A DNA stretch of 63,913 bases, the filler included, from Octopus bimaculoides (lineage: Eukaryota): assembly GCF_001194135.2 (NCBI RefSeq). It is 5 parts of 5 records of this genome, joined end to end, with 100 filler letters (N's around TTAATTAATTAA, not from the genome) between each part and the next. Parts side by side here need not be neighbours in the genome. Positions count along the whole stretch, not along the records: positions 1 to 16,294 come from NC_069001.1; positions 16,395 to 34,980 come from NC_068984.1; 3 more parts are not named here. One strand, given 5' to 3'. Positions 14,905 to 27,280 of this stretch are shown here, piece by piece. Numbering within the stretch: position 1 is the first letter of the stretch; each line of letters starts with the position of its first letter. The notes below the pieces were generated by a model. It was not told where the DNA came from. It searched no databases and saw only the letters and a program-made list of their open reading frames with translations. The position numbers and the translations under genes are program-made.

Positions 14905-15069
14905 AGAGAAAGAGAGAGAGAGAGAGTGATAGGATAGATGGATACAGGTATATACACACGAAGACATTATATACTCGCATATAGATATATAGAGGCATAC
15001 ATATACACATATGCATACATCTATGCATATATATATATATATATATATTCATTCCCATACATATGTATA

Positions 15070-15109
<40 letters not shown>

Positions 15110-15813
15110 AGAGTGTGTGTTTGTGTATGAAGCTATAACATTTTAGCACATGCGTGCAGGAGTAAAAAGTATAAAATTATTAAAAAAATATTAATAACAA
15201 TAAAGAATATAGAAGAATGCTTAATGTTTTATAATATCTGATATAAACGACCAGTGTTGTATGCTGTGTAGCCTGACTGGGGCTATTATAGTCGCCATGT
15301 TTGTATGTTGTAGAGCCTAGCTGGGGCTATTATAGTCGCCATGTTTGAGCTTCACTGCTTTGTGCTATCATCAATATCGTGAATAAATATGTGTATATGT
15401 GTGGTTATATGCAGATAGTATATGTCTATTGGTAAATGTGTGACTGTAATTCAGTACGGCTTTTTGTGTAAGCGCGTAAATTTATGCATGTTATTGCATA
15501 TATCTTTTTAGTATTTGTGTTTGCGTACATCGCTGTGGTTGTGTGTGTGTGTGTGTGGGGGTATGTTTATGTGCATCTGTGTGTTTGTAAATGTATATTA
15601 TTCATACATGTATGTCTGTAGCAATGCTGACTCTAACCAAGAGTTCAGCTATATAGCGATGTCAAAGCGTGATAACAAAAATGTGCATATATATAGCAGA
15701 GGGGTCAGAGATAAATAGTCTAGATAGGCAAATGGTGGTGGTGGTGGGGGCGTGATGATGGCAGTGGGTATGAGAAGACGAAGGTGATTGTCGTTGTTGT
15801 TGTTGCTGATGTA

Positions 15814-15846
<33 letters not shown>

Positions 15847-16077
15847 ATTAGCCTGCCACTGCAATGGCATTCATCCGTCGCCCTTGCGGCAAATAAAAAA
15901 TTCTTATTGTTCTGAACAGTAAAAAAAAACAACAACAAATGTCGGTAGTAATAATAATAATAATATTAATAATAACAATAATAACTACAAAAAAAGCGAG
16001 CTTACAGAAATCAATAGGCGTTTGAAGATTTTCACGACTGATATATATATATACATATATTATATATATACATATAT

Positions 16078-16109
<32 letters not shown>

Positions 16110-16167
16110 CATACATATATTATATATATACATATATATATATATATATTTATATATACATATATAC

Positions 16168-16199
<32 letters not shown>

Positions 16200-16338
16200 T
16201 TATATATACATATATACATATATATATATATATTTATATATACATATATACATATATATATATATATTTATATATACATATATACATATATATANNNNNN
16301 NNNNNNNNNNNNNNNNNNNNNNNNNNNNNNNNNNNNNN

Positions 16339-16350
16339 TTAATTAATTAA
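16339..16350. other. Assembly join linker TTAATTAATTAA (also at 35025, 52838 and 57637)
   Basis: The identical 12-mer is flanked by exactly 44 N on each side (100 bp total) at four places. It encodes stops in all six frames. Confidence 0.95.
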
Positions 16351-16695
16351 NNNNNNNNNNNNNNNNNNNNNNNNNNNNNNNNNNNNNNNNNNNNTATATA
16401 TATATATATGCATATGTATGTGTATGTATTAATGTCGAAATGTATGTATGTATATGTACATATATATGTATGTATGAATGTATATTTATATATATGTATG
16501 TATATATGTGTATGTATGCATATGAAGCAATGTGTGTGTGTGTGTGTGCATGCGTGTCTTATCTATATACGTCTGAATCTTTTTGTCTATTTATATGTGT
16601 ACCTGTGAGTATTCGCGCTCATATTTGCAATTATCTATCTAAAGCACTTGAATATATTTCGCGCATATATGGGCTATGATGTATACATATGTACG

Positions 16696-16729
<34 letters not shown>

Positions 16730-16907
16730 TATACGTACATATGTATGCGGGTCGGATGAAGATATGCATATGGAAAATCTCATATTTTACATCTGTGAGA
16801 TTACACACGTGCACACATACAAGCGAATAATATTTATATGAGCAAACACGTATATATATGTGTGTACGATGTCTGCTTCGTGTGTGTATACATGGATATT
16901 GTTGGAC

Positions 16908-17212
16908 TTAGTGTTTGCTAATAAACAAAGAACGTAATTTTAAAAACTGTAAGATGTTATTAATATGTCGGCTGACAATGGTAGGAAGCCCTATAGGCAA
17001 CACTCCACACTGACTGTGCTCTATAGCTTCTATGACACGGATTCTTGGGGCGGTTTTTCTCTGGCAGTCATTATCTTGTCTCAAAAGACCATTTGATTCT
17101 TCTGTCGTCGTTGTAGTTATTCTTTTTGTTGTTTGTTTTCCTATTGGTTTTCCTGTTGCCAATACAAAAGGAACAAGATCTTTTGCTTCAACCGACATGA
17201 TAAACAGTTTTC
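16908..17212 (-). CDS. Candidate terminal coding exon of an unidentified gene (~100 aa open frame)
   Basis: Non-repetitive open frame KLFIMSVEAKDLVPFVLATGKPIG..PRIRVIEAIEHSQCGVLPIGLPTIVSRHINNILQFLKLRSLFISKH*, preceded by CAG at a purine-rich (weak) acceptor. No domain recognised. Confidence 0.2.
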
Positions 17213-17324
17213 CTGTGTAGCTTATGTATGTTTAAACTCCTACTTTTCTCTCTTCCTCCTCCTCCCCCTCTCTCTCTCTCTCCCTACCTACCTACCTACC
17301 TACCTAGCTATCTTGCTCTCTCTT

Positions 17325-17408
<84 letters not shown>

Positions 17409-18472
17409 ATCACTCTCCATTCACCATCTCTCTCCCTACCAACCATATACCTAACCTGTCTATCGTTCTTTTCTGCCTTGTATACATAGGTACAAGCACA
17501 CACATACGCACACACACATGCATATAATATATGTGTGTATGTATGTACATATAGACGTAGGTATGTACATACATGTATGGATATATGCATATGTTTATAT
17601 ATTATTTATATTATGTATGTATGTATGTGTAAGGCATACGGATTTGAAGTGTAAATAACGACACAAAATAAGCGGCTGTACCCACTGGAATTAACCACAC
17701 GAAAGTTTTTATATATCTTAAAAATCTCCTCTTGTCTTCCCTCAATTGCAAACAATTAGAGTTGAACAACGTATTCCGTAGAATGATTCCTCCAAGGAAT
17801 GATTGTCACAGGCTTCTTGGAATCCGTTTTTTTTTTAATTGCAAATTTTGTGTTTAGCGAGAACTTTGATATAGCCTTTCTCTTTAGTCTTTCAATCGTA
17901 ATCTTACGTTACTGGATTACTTATGTGCGCGCGTGTGTATGTATGTGTACGTGTGTGTATATGAGAGAGAGAGACAGAGAGAGAGAGAAAGAAAGAAAGA
18001 GAGGCAGACAGACAGGTGCGTGTCTTTCTGTCCTCTTCTCACTGTTTGGCAGCTAGTGTAGGTTTGTTTACGTCTACGTAACTTAACGCTTCGACCGAGA
18101 GGACGAACAGAACATGGATCAAGTTTTAAAATAAGCACTGGGTCAATTTGTTCGACTAAAAGATAATAAAATAAAGAAGAAAGATCATTCCTTGTTTTTT
18201 TTCTGTGAATTGTGGCCATGCTGGATCCCTGGATCCCTGCACTGTCAAGGATTTTTTTGTTTTTTGTTTTTAGTCGATCGTAACTCTAGATCGATTTTCG
18301 TGTTTTGTCCTGATATCTATTTTTAACGATCACGTATACAATGAAATTGGCTAAGTCCACTTAGGCGTAATAGCGTGCGTATGTTTTTTTGTTTTTTTCT
18401 ATCACACAATTATCTCTTTTTAATGCTCTTTAGATACGTTAAAACCAATTTTTACTAAATATTCCAAATGTA

Positions 18473-19232
18473 ATTATTATATAAAATTCGTGCGAGTTCA
18501 AATTCCACCGAGTTTGACTTTACCTTTCATCCGCTTGGGAACGATAAATTAAGTACCAGTGAAACACTGGGGTCGATATGATCGACTGCTCTCCTCCCCA
18601 CAAAATCCAGGCCTTGTGCCTGTAGTAGAAAGGATTATTATATAAAATTCACCCGAGTTCAAATTCAGCCGCGGTCGACTTTGCCTTTCATACTCTCGGG
18701 ATCGATAAATTAAGTACCAGTGAAACACTGGGGTCGATGTAGTCGACTAGCCTCCTTCCTCAAAAATTTCCAAGGCCTTGTGCCTAGAGTAGCGATAATT
18801 ATTATATAAAATTCGAAATGCTGAACAAAATATTTTACAGCATTTTGTCTGTCTTTACTCTCTAAGTTCAAATTCTGCCGTGCTCTACTTTGCGTTTTGC
18901 CCTTTCGAAGTCGACGAAAAAATTACCAGTTAAGCACTGGGGTAAATGTAATAAACGAGCCCCCTTCCTCAAAATTCAGGCCTCGTGCCTATAGTAAAAG
19001 GTATTATTATATAAAACTTAGCAAGGCGGCGAGCTAGAATAGTTAGCACGCTGGACGAAATGCTTAACGGCATTTCACCCGTCGCTACGTTCTGAGTTCA
19101 AATTCCGCCGAGGTCGACTTTGCTTCTCGGGGTCGATAAATCTAGTACCGGTTATACATTGGGGTCGATGTAATTGACTAGCCCCTTCCGCCAAAATTTC
19201 AGGCCTTGTGCCTATAGTAGAAAGGATTATAA
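18473..19232 (+). mobile_element. Array of four SINE family B units separated by ATTATTATATAAAATTC
   Basis: Spacer is exact at 18473, 18634 and 18798, and matches over its first 14 nt at 19003. The last unit is full length, starting GGCGGCGAGCT. Confidence 0.85.
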
Positions 19233-19344
19233 TACTGTGGAATAAAGGAAAATTCCATTGCAAGTTAGCCTCAACGTGGCCGCTCGATCTGCTAAAAACA
19301 GAAGCCAAATGATTCCAAAGATATATGCATACGTATATGATCAG

Positions 19345-19752
19345 GCATAGGTATGACTGTGTGGTAAGAAGCTTGTTTCCCAACCATATGGTTCCGGGTT
19401 CAGTCCCACTGTATGACACCTTGGCCGAGTGTCTTCTACTATAGTCTTGGGCCGACCAAAGCCTTGTGAGTGGATTTGTTAGGCGGAAACTGAAAGATGC
19501 CCGTCTTATATATGTATGTGTGTGTGTTTATGTATGTGTGTGAGTGTATTTGTTCCCCACCGCTATTTGACGACCAGTGTTGGTGCGTTTACGTCCCCCT
19601 AGCTTAGCGGTTCGGCAAAAGAAACTGTTAGAATAAGTACCAGATTTTAAAATCAAAAATAAGTCCTGAGGTCGATTCATTCAACTAAAAGTTCCTCATG
19701 GCGGTGCCCCAGCATGGCCGCAGTCTAATTACTGGAACAAGTAAAAATAAAA
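19345..19752 (+). mobile_element. SINE family A, near full length
   Basis: GACTGTGTGGTAAGAAGCTTG..GGTTCCGGGTTCAGTCCC through GCATGGCCGCAGTCTAATTACTGGAACAAGTAAAA. Confidence 0.85.
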
Positions 19753-20951
19753 GATCTAATGCTAACGTAATACTATATTCAGTATTTTCCTTTTTATTAA
19801 AAGGATAATGTGCAAATAATGGAAATCTGCCTTCTATTTCTAGCAGGTCGAACGACCCCGTAAAACGCTCCCAGTTTTGTTTTTAATCTTTTATTCTATC
19901 TTATTTGTTGTTTTGTATTTTAAAAAAATTTTATTTAGTATCTCCCCTTTCTGCCTTGCAATGACACGAAGAGTGGTAGTCAGGGGTGGATTTAAATTGA
20001 TTACTTTACACCCGCTACCCTGAAATGGATAACCGCAATAAATCAATACTGAAGTTCATATTGAAATTTATATGAAACCTTTATATAAAACCATCCTCTG
20101 TACATTTTGTATTGACTGTTAACTGACTGCTTGACTGGGAATCACACGCTATGCTATAAACCTGAGTGTATACCTATACGTTGATTTTATAGTATAATTA
20201 TTTAAAAATTCATATTTTCGTATTTAGTATCATTGTCCGTTTAGTTCAATACAAAAATGTACATTTAGTCATATTTTTATCTTTTATATAGAGATCGAAT
20301 TTTAACTGTTTAAAAAAAAAATAAAAGGAAATCAGAAAAATTATTTTAATGTCTTGTATTATAAATTTCCATTGAGTTATTTTGTTTGATTCCAGTAAAT
20401 TAAAAAACATTTCAGTACTTTATTTCGGAAATCTATAAAGTTTATACATCGGTAATTATATAAAGTTTACAACAGAATTATGAACAGTCTATTTATAAGC
20501 AGCAGATGAGAGACAGATGAAAAGATTTCGCTTCACCCACGCAATTGGAAATATATGTCTGTCAACTTCTTTCATCGGAATTCATCAAGAACATCAAAGG
20601 ATGGAAATTTACAGAAGACTGAGCATATTTTAAGATCATTCCAGAAGCAATCATTTTTGTTGATTTATTTTGGGAAATATATACGAGAAACATATTATTT
20701 TAAAATTACTTTATATATTTCAAGTGAAGAATAGTTGTGTTCCAGAGGTAAATGTGCTTATTTCACGGACTGGAGTTTTGTTGGGATATTCACATTTCTA
20801 TAATAAATTTTGTGGTGAGTTCCGGAATTGTTCATTGGATCCCGGTATGTGGGTAGCACCAATGCTCTTTTCTTTTCTTTCTTAGCCGTGTGGTGGTTTA
20901 TTCCACGGTTATATGCACTTAAATTACTGTAATGTATGGCACACTGCTACG

Positions 20952-20983
<32 letters not shown>

Positions 20984-21055
20984 CAGAGATATATAGATAG
21001 ATAGATAGATAGATAGATAGACAGATATATAGATAGATAGACAGACAGAGATAGA

Positions 21056-21757
21056 TATCTTTTTATTATAGCCACACAGGGCTAAATACAGCAAATGGAC
21101 AAATTACAAAGTAGAGCTTTTCTTGGGGGGGGNNNNNNNNNNNNNNNNNNNNNNNNNNNNNNNNNNNNNNNNNNNNNNNNNNNNNNNNNNNNNNNNNNNN
21201 NNNNNNNNNNNNNNNNNNNNNNNNNNNNNNNNNNNNNNNNNNNNNNNNNNNNNNNNNNNNNNNNNNNNNNNNNNNNNNNNNNNNNNNNNNNNNNNNNNNN
21301 NNNNNNNNNNNNNNNNNNNNNNNNNNNNNNNNNNNNNNNNNNNNNNNNNNNNNNNNNNNNNNNNNNNNNNNNNNNNNNNNNNNNNNNNNNNNNNNNNNNN
21401 NNNNNNNNNNNNNNNNNNNNNNNNNNNNNNNNNNNNNNNNNNNNNNNNNNNNNNNNNNNNNNNNNNNNNNNNNNNNNNNNNNNNNNNNNNNNNNNNNNNN
21501 NNNNNNNNNNNNNNNNNNNNNNNNNNNNNNNNNNNNNNNNNNNNNNNNNNNNNNNNNNNNNNNNNNNNNNNNNNNNNNNNNNNNNNNNNNNNNNNNNNNN
21601 NNNNNNNNNNTTTGCCATAGCTATCAGTGTTACAAAAACCGTTTTTCCTTCCCGTTTAAAGGAAGGTGGCGGAACAATATTCACGATAGACTCGGCTGAT
21701 AAGTGGGCTCGTCCCACACGCGACAACAGCCGTTCGACGAAGGTCCACAGCTCTGAA
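21056..21757 (-). mobile_element. L1/Tx1-like non-LTR retrotransposon 3' fragment spanning a gap
   Basis: ELWTFVERLLSRVGRAHLSAESIVNIVPPPSFKREGKTVFVTLIAMA resembles the segment after the zinc knuckle in L1/Tx1 ORF2. The 3' UTR ends with AATAAA, and (GATA/GACA)n lies on both flanks. Confidence 0.5.
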
Positions 21758-21834
21758 ATATCAGAGATAGATAGACAGACAGACATAGATAGATAGGCAG
21801 GCAGGCAGGCAGGCAGGCAGGCAAATAACTTTCT

Positions 21835-21960
21835 TTATTGGCCACACAGAGCTGAACACAGAGGGGGCAAATACAAATGTAGACCTTTTCTTTTCGAAAA
21901 TGAAAAAAGGTGGGGAAATAAGAAGAAAAGTAAAATTCCGATCAAAAGGGATCGGGGAAA
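21835..21960 (-). mobile_element. 3' UTR fragment of a related L1/Tx1-like element
   Basis: CTACATTTGTATTTGCCCCCTCTGTGTTCAGCTCTGTGTGGCCAATAAAG parallels CTACTTTGTAATTTGTCC..TTTAGCCCTGTGTGGCTATAATAAAA at 21060-21120. Confidence 0.5.
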
Positions 21961-23424
21961 ATAACAAGATAGACAGACAGATAGATAGATATAGGTATAT
22001 ATACGTATGTAGGTATGTATATGTGTGTATGTATGTACATACATATATATGCGTAGAGTGAATATACGAATATGTGTGTGTGAATGTATGTATTTATAAA
22101 CATTATAAGTATACATGTATGTATATGTATACTTATAATGTTTATATATACATACATTCACACACATATGTATGTATATGTGTGTGTGTGTACATATGTG
22201 TCAATATATATATATCAGTTAAGACGTGTTGTGCCTAAGAGCTTTAAAGGTCTTCTTAGACCGGGAAAGTCGTTGTAAATGATGGCCAGAGCATCAAAGG
22301 GCTAATGGCTGCAGTCCAAAAAGAAAAGTAAAATGGACAAAAGGGTGACCGAGATGCTCTCCCGAATATTTGTATCTAAAAATCTCAAATGACCGTGTAA
22401 CGTTGTTAAACAAGGCAGTGTTTTGGACCTACCGCTTAAAGATATAAGTCGGATCTAACATTGTCAGTGGAATAACACAGTTTTAAGCTGTCTTTCCCAA
22501 ACGTTAACTTAACTGTTTATGTTGTACGTTTGTTTGACAGCTCTCTGTTCTGAGTCTTTGTTAATTCTCCCATGTGATATATTCTATTTAATTGTGTAAT
22601 TTACTTCTCAAATATTTGCATAGTGATTTCTGTTAGATGAGTTATGTATTTAATTTATAGTTATGGTTCGGTATTCATCTCATTGTTGCGTGATATGTCC
22701 TCTCTTTATCCTATGATATATTTGCCACTCGGTTTTCTCCATTGACTGCATATGTCCGTCTCCAAGTTATGTAATGCTTTTTCACTATTGTATGTTTGTA
22801 CGTGTGTTGCGTGATAAACTCTTCATTCACAATTATAATATTTCAAACTCAACTCGAAACATTATTTCGTGTTCTGTGTTCAGCAGAAATGCTATTTCAA
22901 TGTCACCTTAAAAGCAAGATGTTTTATTTCCTCGTACATTCAGAAATATGCAGAGAATAAAAATTTTATAAGTATAGTTATAAGAAATATTTCGTTGTAT
23001 ATTCTCTGCATATGGTAACATAAAAAGTGTTTATTTTTAGTATAAGAATAAATATATTCTACATTAAATTCAATGTCATAATTTACGCCTTTCTACCAAC
23101 TGAAAAAGAAATAGAAAACCATCAGAAGTAAATCTTCAGTAACTATTGAGCGCATTTATTTTCTCGTTCAGTTATGTGAGAGTCAAAATTGAGTCCAAGA
23201 ATTACAGATAGAAAGAAACAAATGAAAACCGACAGAGTAGAATCCTTCTAAATTATTCATTCTTCACTGACGAAATTGATGCAAAGTCTTGTAGACTTGG
23301 CTTTTCGTTTCTTGAAATCTAAACTGGCAACGTGTGATGAAGGTGAACATCTTTTAGAGAAGTCAAAGAACTAAAACCAGACAGTGTTTGCCTTGGTTGG
23401 TGGTGTGTCGGCTGTTTTAATCGA

Positions 23425-23625
23425 ACAATGAAAGATCACGTGATTCGTTTAGCTCGTTTTCGTTGCTGCATCTTAAAGTAACTGCGTCACGTCACTCATT
23501 CTTTCATTCTTTCTTTCTTTCTTTCTTTCTTCTATAGTAACTGCATGCATGTATGCGTGTTACACTTGCTCAATCACGCGCGCTCTTTCTAACATCTACA
23601 CGCACGCATGCGCATGCATTTGAGT
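23425..23625. promoter_or_regulatory. Promoter-like, CpG-enriched motif cluster
   Basis: ATCACGTGAT (E-box palindrome), TGCGTCACGTCA (overlapping CRE/ATF-like sites) and GCATGCGCATGC (NRF1-like) within ~200 bp of non-repeat DNA. Confidence 0.35.
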
Positions 23626-25439
23626 GAAACTCGTCTTCTTTGTTTGAGAACGAGATTCGGATTTGTGGTATTTTGTATTTTTCATTAATGCATTTCTAGA
23701 TTTTATTTCGTTCCGTTTTCTAAACGAAAACACTATCATTAATTTATATAAACATCGAAATCACGATGTTTGTCTGTTTATCCTATGATCCATCAGTTCA
23801 ATATCAACAAAATCACATTCAATCATCAACACTCAACACAACCACCACAATTATAAACAACATAAGCAATACCTACGCCTCCAACAACAACAACAGCACC
23901 AACTCAACAGCACCAACATCTCCACCAACACCATTAGCAATACCACCACCACCACCACNNNNNNNNNNACCACCACCATCACCATCACCAACAGCACTAC
24001 AAACAACACAAACAACAACACTATCCTCAACACCAAATATAATCGAAGGGATTTCTGAGCCCACGAGGGAGCTTATATGAGGTCTTTGAATCTGGTAGAA
24101 ATAGCAGTCAAATCTCTCTCTAGCCACACCCTCACTGTAAAAATGAAGAGACACATGAGACGATAGAGTTTTTGATATGAAAAGACAGGATGGTCATGGT
24201 TGGAATATCTTGGATCATAAAACTGCTGAATCTTGTCTAAATTAAAGATAAATAACAACAAAAACACCACACCAAAACGACCAGACCAACGACGCCACTG
24301 CAGTAGCGCCAAGCCCTAATCAACAACACCAGCCCACCCACGACTACCACTACTAACACCAATTTCACCAACACTAGCAACAGCATTAGCATGACCACCA
24401 CCACCACCGCTACAACCATGAGTGTGGTAACACCAAAAATTAGTACCACACACACCCCACCATCACAAACACACATCATCGCCTCCGCCAATATCTACGC
24501 AGCCACCTGCACCGTCGCCCTTATCGCCAACATTCCAAACGTAATTAACAACAACAACCGTATGAAAAACGTTCGCCATTCCTCTGACTTTTTTGAAATT
24601 AAGTAACCAAGACGTAGGATGTAGTTTTTGCCCCCTCCTTCGTTTGTTGCTATTATCAGATAACTTTGATAGGGCAATGGCACCAATAAAAGAAAAAGGC
24701 TTGTAGTAATCCGTTCAGTTTTATTGCATTATGCTGGAGAACGACGAGGAAGAAGTCGTATGCTTCCTTCTGCTACCGCTTTTCAGATCTCATCAATCAA
24801 CTGATAGCTGTAATAATGTTATAATGTGTATTGTTCATATCAAATATTCATATGAGCAAATTTACTTGTTAATGTACAAGTTACGACTGCGCCGAGTATG
24901 TGTGTGTGTATCTGTCTGTCTGTGTGTGTCTGTGTATGTGTGGTGTGTGCGTGTGTGTGTGTATGTGCATATGCACACATACATATACGTACTCATACAC
25001 ATGTACATACGTATGCCTACAAACGTGTACATATGTATGAATATCTGTATGATTGTATTTATTATTGTATGTACGTATGAGCGTATCTATATGATTGTCA
25101 AGTTGAAATTTGGAGGTAGGAATGGCTTTCAAGTGTGTGTGTGAGCGTATGTGTGAGTGTGTGTGTGTTTATGAGAGTGTGTGTGTGTAAGCGTGTTTAG
25201 TTATGTTCATGTATCTTCATGAAGATGTGTCTGATGTACATACACACGCATGCATATGTACGTATAAATATATATATATGCATATCTACGTATACATATA
25301 TAATATTTATACATATATATTGAATATATATACATATATGCATATACATTCATATATATATATATATACATGCATATACATGCATATATATACATATATG
25401 TACATACATATTTATATTGGATGTTATACATCGATAGTT

Positions 25440-25680
25440 ACAACGCGCTTAGCCTCGTTTTAGCTTTCGAGTGACGCCACCCGGCTGGCTTGGCGAGCCG
25501 GCCAACATTCTTCCCGTGATCGGAAGACTATTCTGTTGCGGGGTTACCCATTTACAGTTGAGTGGACTGGAGCAACGTGGAATGAAGTTGAGAACACAAC
25601 GCACAGCCGGTCTGGGAAACGAATTCAAGATCGTTAGACTGTTAGTGCAACACGCCTCACTACTAGACCACACGCTTTCA
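25440..25680 (-). mobile_element. tRNA-derived SINE family C
   Basis: TTACCCATTTACAGTTGAGTGGACTGGAGCAACGTGGAATGAAGT..ACACAACGCACAGCCGGTCTGGGAAACGAA; related copies at 306-378, 30225-30478 and 47066-47400. Confidence 0.75.
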
Positions 25681-26008
25681 CATACGCACGCACACGCAGA
25701 TTTTCTAACGTACAGGATGTAAAATCCTGCTGTCTCTTTATAGCTCCTCTCTTGTCAAACTTTTCCTGAAGAAAGACTCTACCCGAAACGTTAGATATTT
25801 CGCTCTCCATGACAGATTAACTGTACTTTTTTTGTCAATTCAGTTAAAGAATACGCGAGTATCACCGAAGCATATCAACATCAGCCTTCTGGGAGTTTGT
25901 TCATTCGCACAAGTATATGGTTCCGGGTTCAGTTCCAGTGCTTGGCCAAGGTGCCACACAGTGGGACTGAAACCGGAACCATGTGGCTGGTATGCAAGTA
26001 CGTATGTC

Positions 26009-26054
<46 letters not shown>

Positions 26055-26547
26055 AAACTTAGATAGTACTTAGATATGTTTCGACCAAAGATTGGTCCAG
26101 GTTATGGCTAACTTAATAGCACCACCTGATNNNNNNNNNNNNNNNNNNNNNNNNNNNNNNNNNNNNNNNNNNNNNNNNNNNNNNNNNNNNNNNNNNNNNN
26201 NNNNNNNNNNNNNNNNNNNNNNNNNNNNNNNNNNNNNNNNNNNNNNNNNNNNNNNNNNNNNNNNNNNNNNNNNNNNNNNNNNNNNNNNNNNNNNNNNNNN
26301 NNNNNNNNNNNNNNNNNNNNNNNNNNNNNNNNNNNNNNNNNNNNNNNNNNNNNNNNNNNNNNNNNNNNNNNNNNNNNNNNNNNNNNNNNNNNNNNNNNNN
26401 NNNNNNNNNNNNNNNNNNNNNNNNNNNNNNNNNNNNNNNNNNNNNNNNNNNNNNNNNNNNNNNNNNNNNNNNNNNNNNNNNNNNNNNNNNNNNNNNNNNN
26501 NNNNNNNNNNNNNNNNNNNNNNNNNNNNNNNNNNNNNNNNNNNNNNN

Positions 26548-26591
<44 letters not shown>

Positions 26592-27230
26592 AGAGAGAAA
26601 GTGGGGAGAGACGATCTGTGTACGTGCAGCAAAGTTGATAGATACATAGAGATTTGGCACAAATACAAGCATCAAGATCACCACCATCATAGTCGTTAAC
26701 ATCATCGTCGTGGGTCACTGCATTATAATCACAAACTTATAATCATTGCTGATTAGTTACTCTCCCCCCCCCTCTCTCTCTCTGTTTCTCGCACTCACAC
26801 TACAAAAGTTCGCCAAGAAGTAATTAGTTTTTGTGAAATAGCACCTAACTACTAAGATATGACTGCTGCCAACGATAAAGAAGCCATGCTTTTTATGCAG
26901 TCGTAATTCCACATCTACTGCTGTTTGAAAATGGGTTTCAAAGTTGTAGGATTTGTGTAGACGAGCAATTTATTGTAGGTCTGTAGCATTTCGAAAACAA
27001 CTTATTATGACTGGGCAGTCTTCCAGCCATAGAGAGCTTTTCGTTAATAAGCACCTTCTCCTTATATATAGGTTAGAGTTGGGTGACTAAATGAGGATAG
27101 AGTTTAAATTGTTCGCGATGATTTTCCATCTTGAAGTTGTTGAAAATGTGTATTGAAAGTTTTTCAGGTATAAACGACTATGCAGATGTGTAGACATGAA
27201 GATATATGTGTGTGTGTGTGTGTGTGTGCG

Positions 27231-27280
<50 letters not shown>

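Noticed and set aside
16295-16394. TTAATTAATTAA palindrome recurring four times (16339, 35025, 52838, 57637)
   Set aside because: It is always centred in 44 N + 12 + 44 N, so it is an artificial scaffolding linker, not biology. Linkage and orientation across these points are unverified.
18473-19232. CRISPR-like repeat-spacer appearance
   Set aside because: The intervening units are homologous SINE copies, the DNA is eukaryotic and no cas genes are present. It is reported as a SINE array instead.
20724-20844. Possible exon with strong donors (TG|GTGAGT, CG|GTATGT)
   Set aside because: The acceptor and frame are ambiguous, the peptide is unrecognised and there are no compatible neighbours.
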